Of a stretch of 64,000 bases of DNA, positions 62,664 through 64,000 are shown piece after piece. Below the pieces are notes generated by a model. The model was not told where the DNA came from, searched no databases, and was given only the letters and a program-made list of their open reading frames with translations. This DNA comes from an uncultured delta proteobacterium (GTDB lineage Bacteria; Desulfobacterota; Zymogenia; Zymogenales; Zymogenaceae): positions 832,001-896,000 of the forward strand of contig CAVTLK010000001.1 in NCBI GenBank assembly GCA_963735595.1. The letters run 5' to 3'. The translations under genes and the position numbers were made by a program. Positions within the stretch are counted from its first letter, which is position 1. Each line of letters starts with the position of its first letter.

Positions 62664-62756
62664 GTCATTGCGAGGAGCGAAGCGACGAAGCAATCCCCCG
62701 ACTGTCACCGTACAACTGGGGGATTGCCGCGCCCCCTATCGGGGGCTCGCAATGAC
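62664..62756. repeat. complete GTCATTGCGAG...CTCGCAATGAC palindromic element
   Basis: 11-bp terminal inverted repeats plus inner GCAATCCCCC/GGGGGATTGC; related copies at 36839 and about 63854-63992. Confidence 0.85.
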
Positions 62757-62796
62757 AGTAGTTACTCGTTCCCTGCCCTCTCTCTTCCATCGGGGC

Positions 62797-62820
62797 CCCC
62801 ACGAAGCCTGCTTCGTGGGG
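62797..62820. repeat. 11-bp-arm palindrome
   Basis: CCCCACGAAGC-CT-GCTTCGTGGGG just past the stop of the minus-strand gene. Confidence 0.6.
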
Positions 62821-62825
62821 TGATC

Positions 62826-63815
62826 TTACACCACCATCTTGTTCTTCTTTGCCAACACCTCTTCGGCCTCTTTGACCATCGATTCCAGCACCTCTTTGAC
62901 GGTCATGACCTTCTTGATGAGCCCGATGGACTGGCCCACCATCAGCGGCGCGTAGTCCACGTTGCCGGTCTCCCAGGCCTGCTTGATGCGCAGGCCGGAG
63001 ATCAGCGGGATGAGGTCCTCGAGCTTGCCGCCCTTTTCCTCGATGGCGATGACGTCCCGGATGACGTCGCTCATCAGCGCCCTGCCCTGCAGGCCGATGG
63101 AGCGCCCGAAGATCGTCGTATCCATCTCCTGGCGGCGTACCAGCTCCTCCTTGATGTTGTCGTGGCAGGGGCACTCCTTGGTGGAGACGAAGCGGCTCCC
63201 CATCATGACCCCGTGCGCGCCCAGGATGAGCGCCGCCGCGAGCCCCCGGCCGTCGGCGATGCCGCCCACCGTCACCACCGGGATCTTGACCGACTCGGCG
63301 ATGCGGGGGGTCAGTATCATTGTGGTCACGTCGTCGGAGAGCGGGTGCCCCCCTTCCTCGATGCCCGCGGCGTATATGCCGTCGTACCCGACTTTTTCGG
63401 CGTGGACGGCGTGACGCACCGCGCCTACCTTCTGGAACATCTTGACGTTTGCCTTCTTGAGGGTCTCGATCGCGTCCATCCCCAGGCCCTTGTCCAGCGG
63501 CGCGCCGGAGATCTCCACGCCGGCCACGCGCTCCTCGGCGCATACCCTGACGTACATCGCGTGGTGCTCGGGCGTGATCCTCAGCGACGGCAGGATCGTG
63601 ATGCCCACCATGAAGGGTTTGTCGGTGAGCTTGCGGACCGCCTTGATGGCGTTGCGGAATTCTTCCTCGGTCTCGTAGTTGCCCGCGGTGAGGTTGCCCA
63701 GGCCGCCGGCCTCGGATATCGCGGCCGTCAGCGGCGGGATAGAGAGCCACATCATGGCCCCGCAGATGATGGGGTGCTTGACGCCGAACATCTCGGTAAT
63801 CGCCGTCTTCAACAT
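62826..63815 (-). CDS. nitronate monooxygenase / FabK-like flavoprotein
   Basis: SEAGGLG, EEGGH, GGIADGRG, GVMMGSRF, GQSIG. Confidence 0.9.
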   Translation of the reverse strand: MLKTAITEMFGVKHPIICGAMMWLSIPPLTAAISEAGGLGNLTAGNYETEEEFRNAIKAVRKLTDKPFMVGITILPSLRITPEHHAMYVRVCAEERVAGVEISGAPLDKGLGMDAIETLKKANVKMFQKVGAVRHAVHAEKVGYDGIYAAGIEEGGHPLSDDVTTMILTPRIAESVKIPVVTVGGIADGRGLAAALILGAHGVMMGSRFVSTKECPCHDNIKEELVRRQEMDTTIFGRSIGLQGRALMSDVIRDVIAIEEKGGKLEDLIPLISGLRIKQAWETGNVDYAPLMVGQSIGLIKKVMTVKEVLESMVKEAEEVLAKKNKMVV

Positions 63816-64000
63816 CGATGCCTCCTCGATAGGCTGTTATAATTTAAAAAGGCGCCATTGCGGGGGGCCCCGGTCTCCCGACGGGGCCGCCGCGAAGTTC
63901 GGTTCGCGGGGTTATGTGGCGCGGCAATCCCCCGGTTACGGAGGAAAGGTCAATGGCTTTACGGATTTTCCGGTATGTTGCTCGGAGATTGCCCCGGCCG

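Overview
A GC-rich (visually about 60%) core-chromosomal window from an anaerobic bacterium whose gene order and protein sequences look deltaproteobacterial (Desulfobacterota-like; inferred). No prophage, IS transposase, CRISPR array or rRNA was found. Main content: ilvD; plsB-rlpA; a yceD-rpmF-fabK-fabD-fabG-acpP-rpiB-glyA-dCMP deaminase-nrdR-ribD-ribE-ribBA-ribH-nusB superoperon that lacks plsX, fabH and fabF; a tungstate-uptake/molybdopterin operon (tupBC-moeA-moeA/PBP-moaA-moaC-MOSC-mogA) led by a Moco-class riboswitch lacking P3 (tungsten type); a three-gene operon carrying four phosphatase domains (PHP, tandem HAD-HAD, CX5R); a PerR/rubrerythrin/FprA oxidative-stress cluster that includes a TIGR02757 protein; a TetR-SDR-ThDP lyase-DASS transporter catabolic unit with two matching operators; a D-aminoacylase/dsdA unit; tRNA-Met; uvrD-like helicase, pepA, fadD and a second FabK-like gene. 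Several families of REP/MITE-like palindromes are concentrated at 36.7-37.0 kb and 62.6-62.8 kb. About 14 single-base frameshifts cluster in a few blocks and are most likely assembly errors. All family assignments come from recalled motifs; no database search was run. Best novelty candidates: the four-phosphatase operon, the fab operon without condensing enzymes near PlsB/FadD, the HACL-like catabolic operon, and the riboswitch's unusual long leader.
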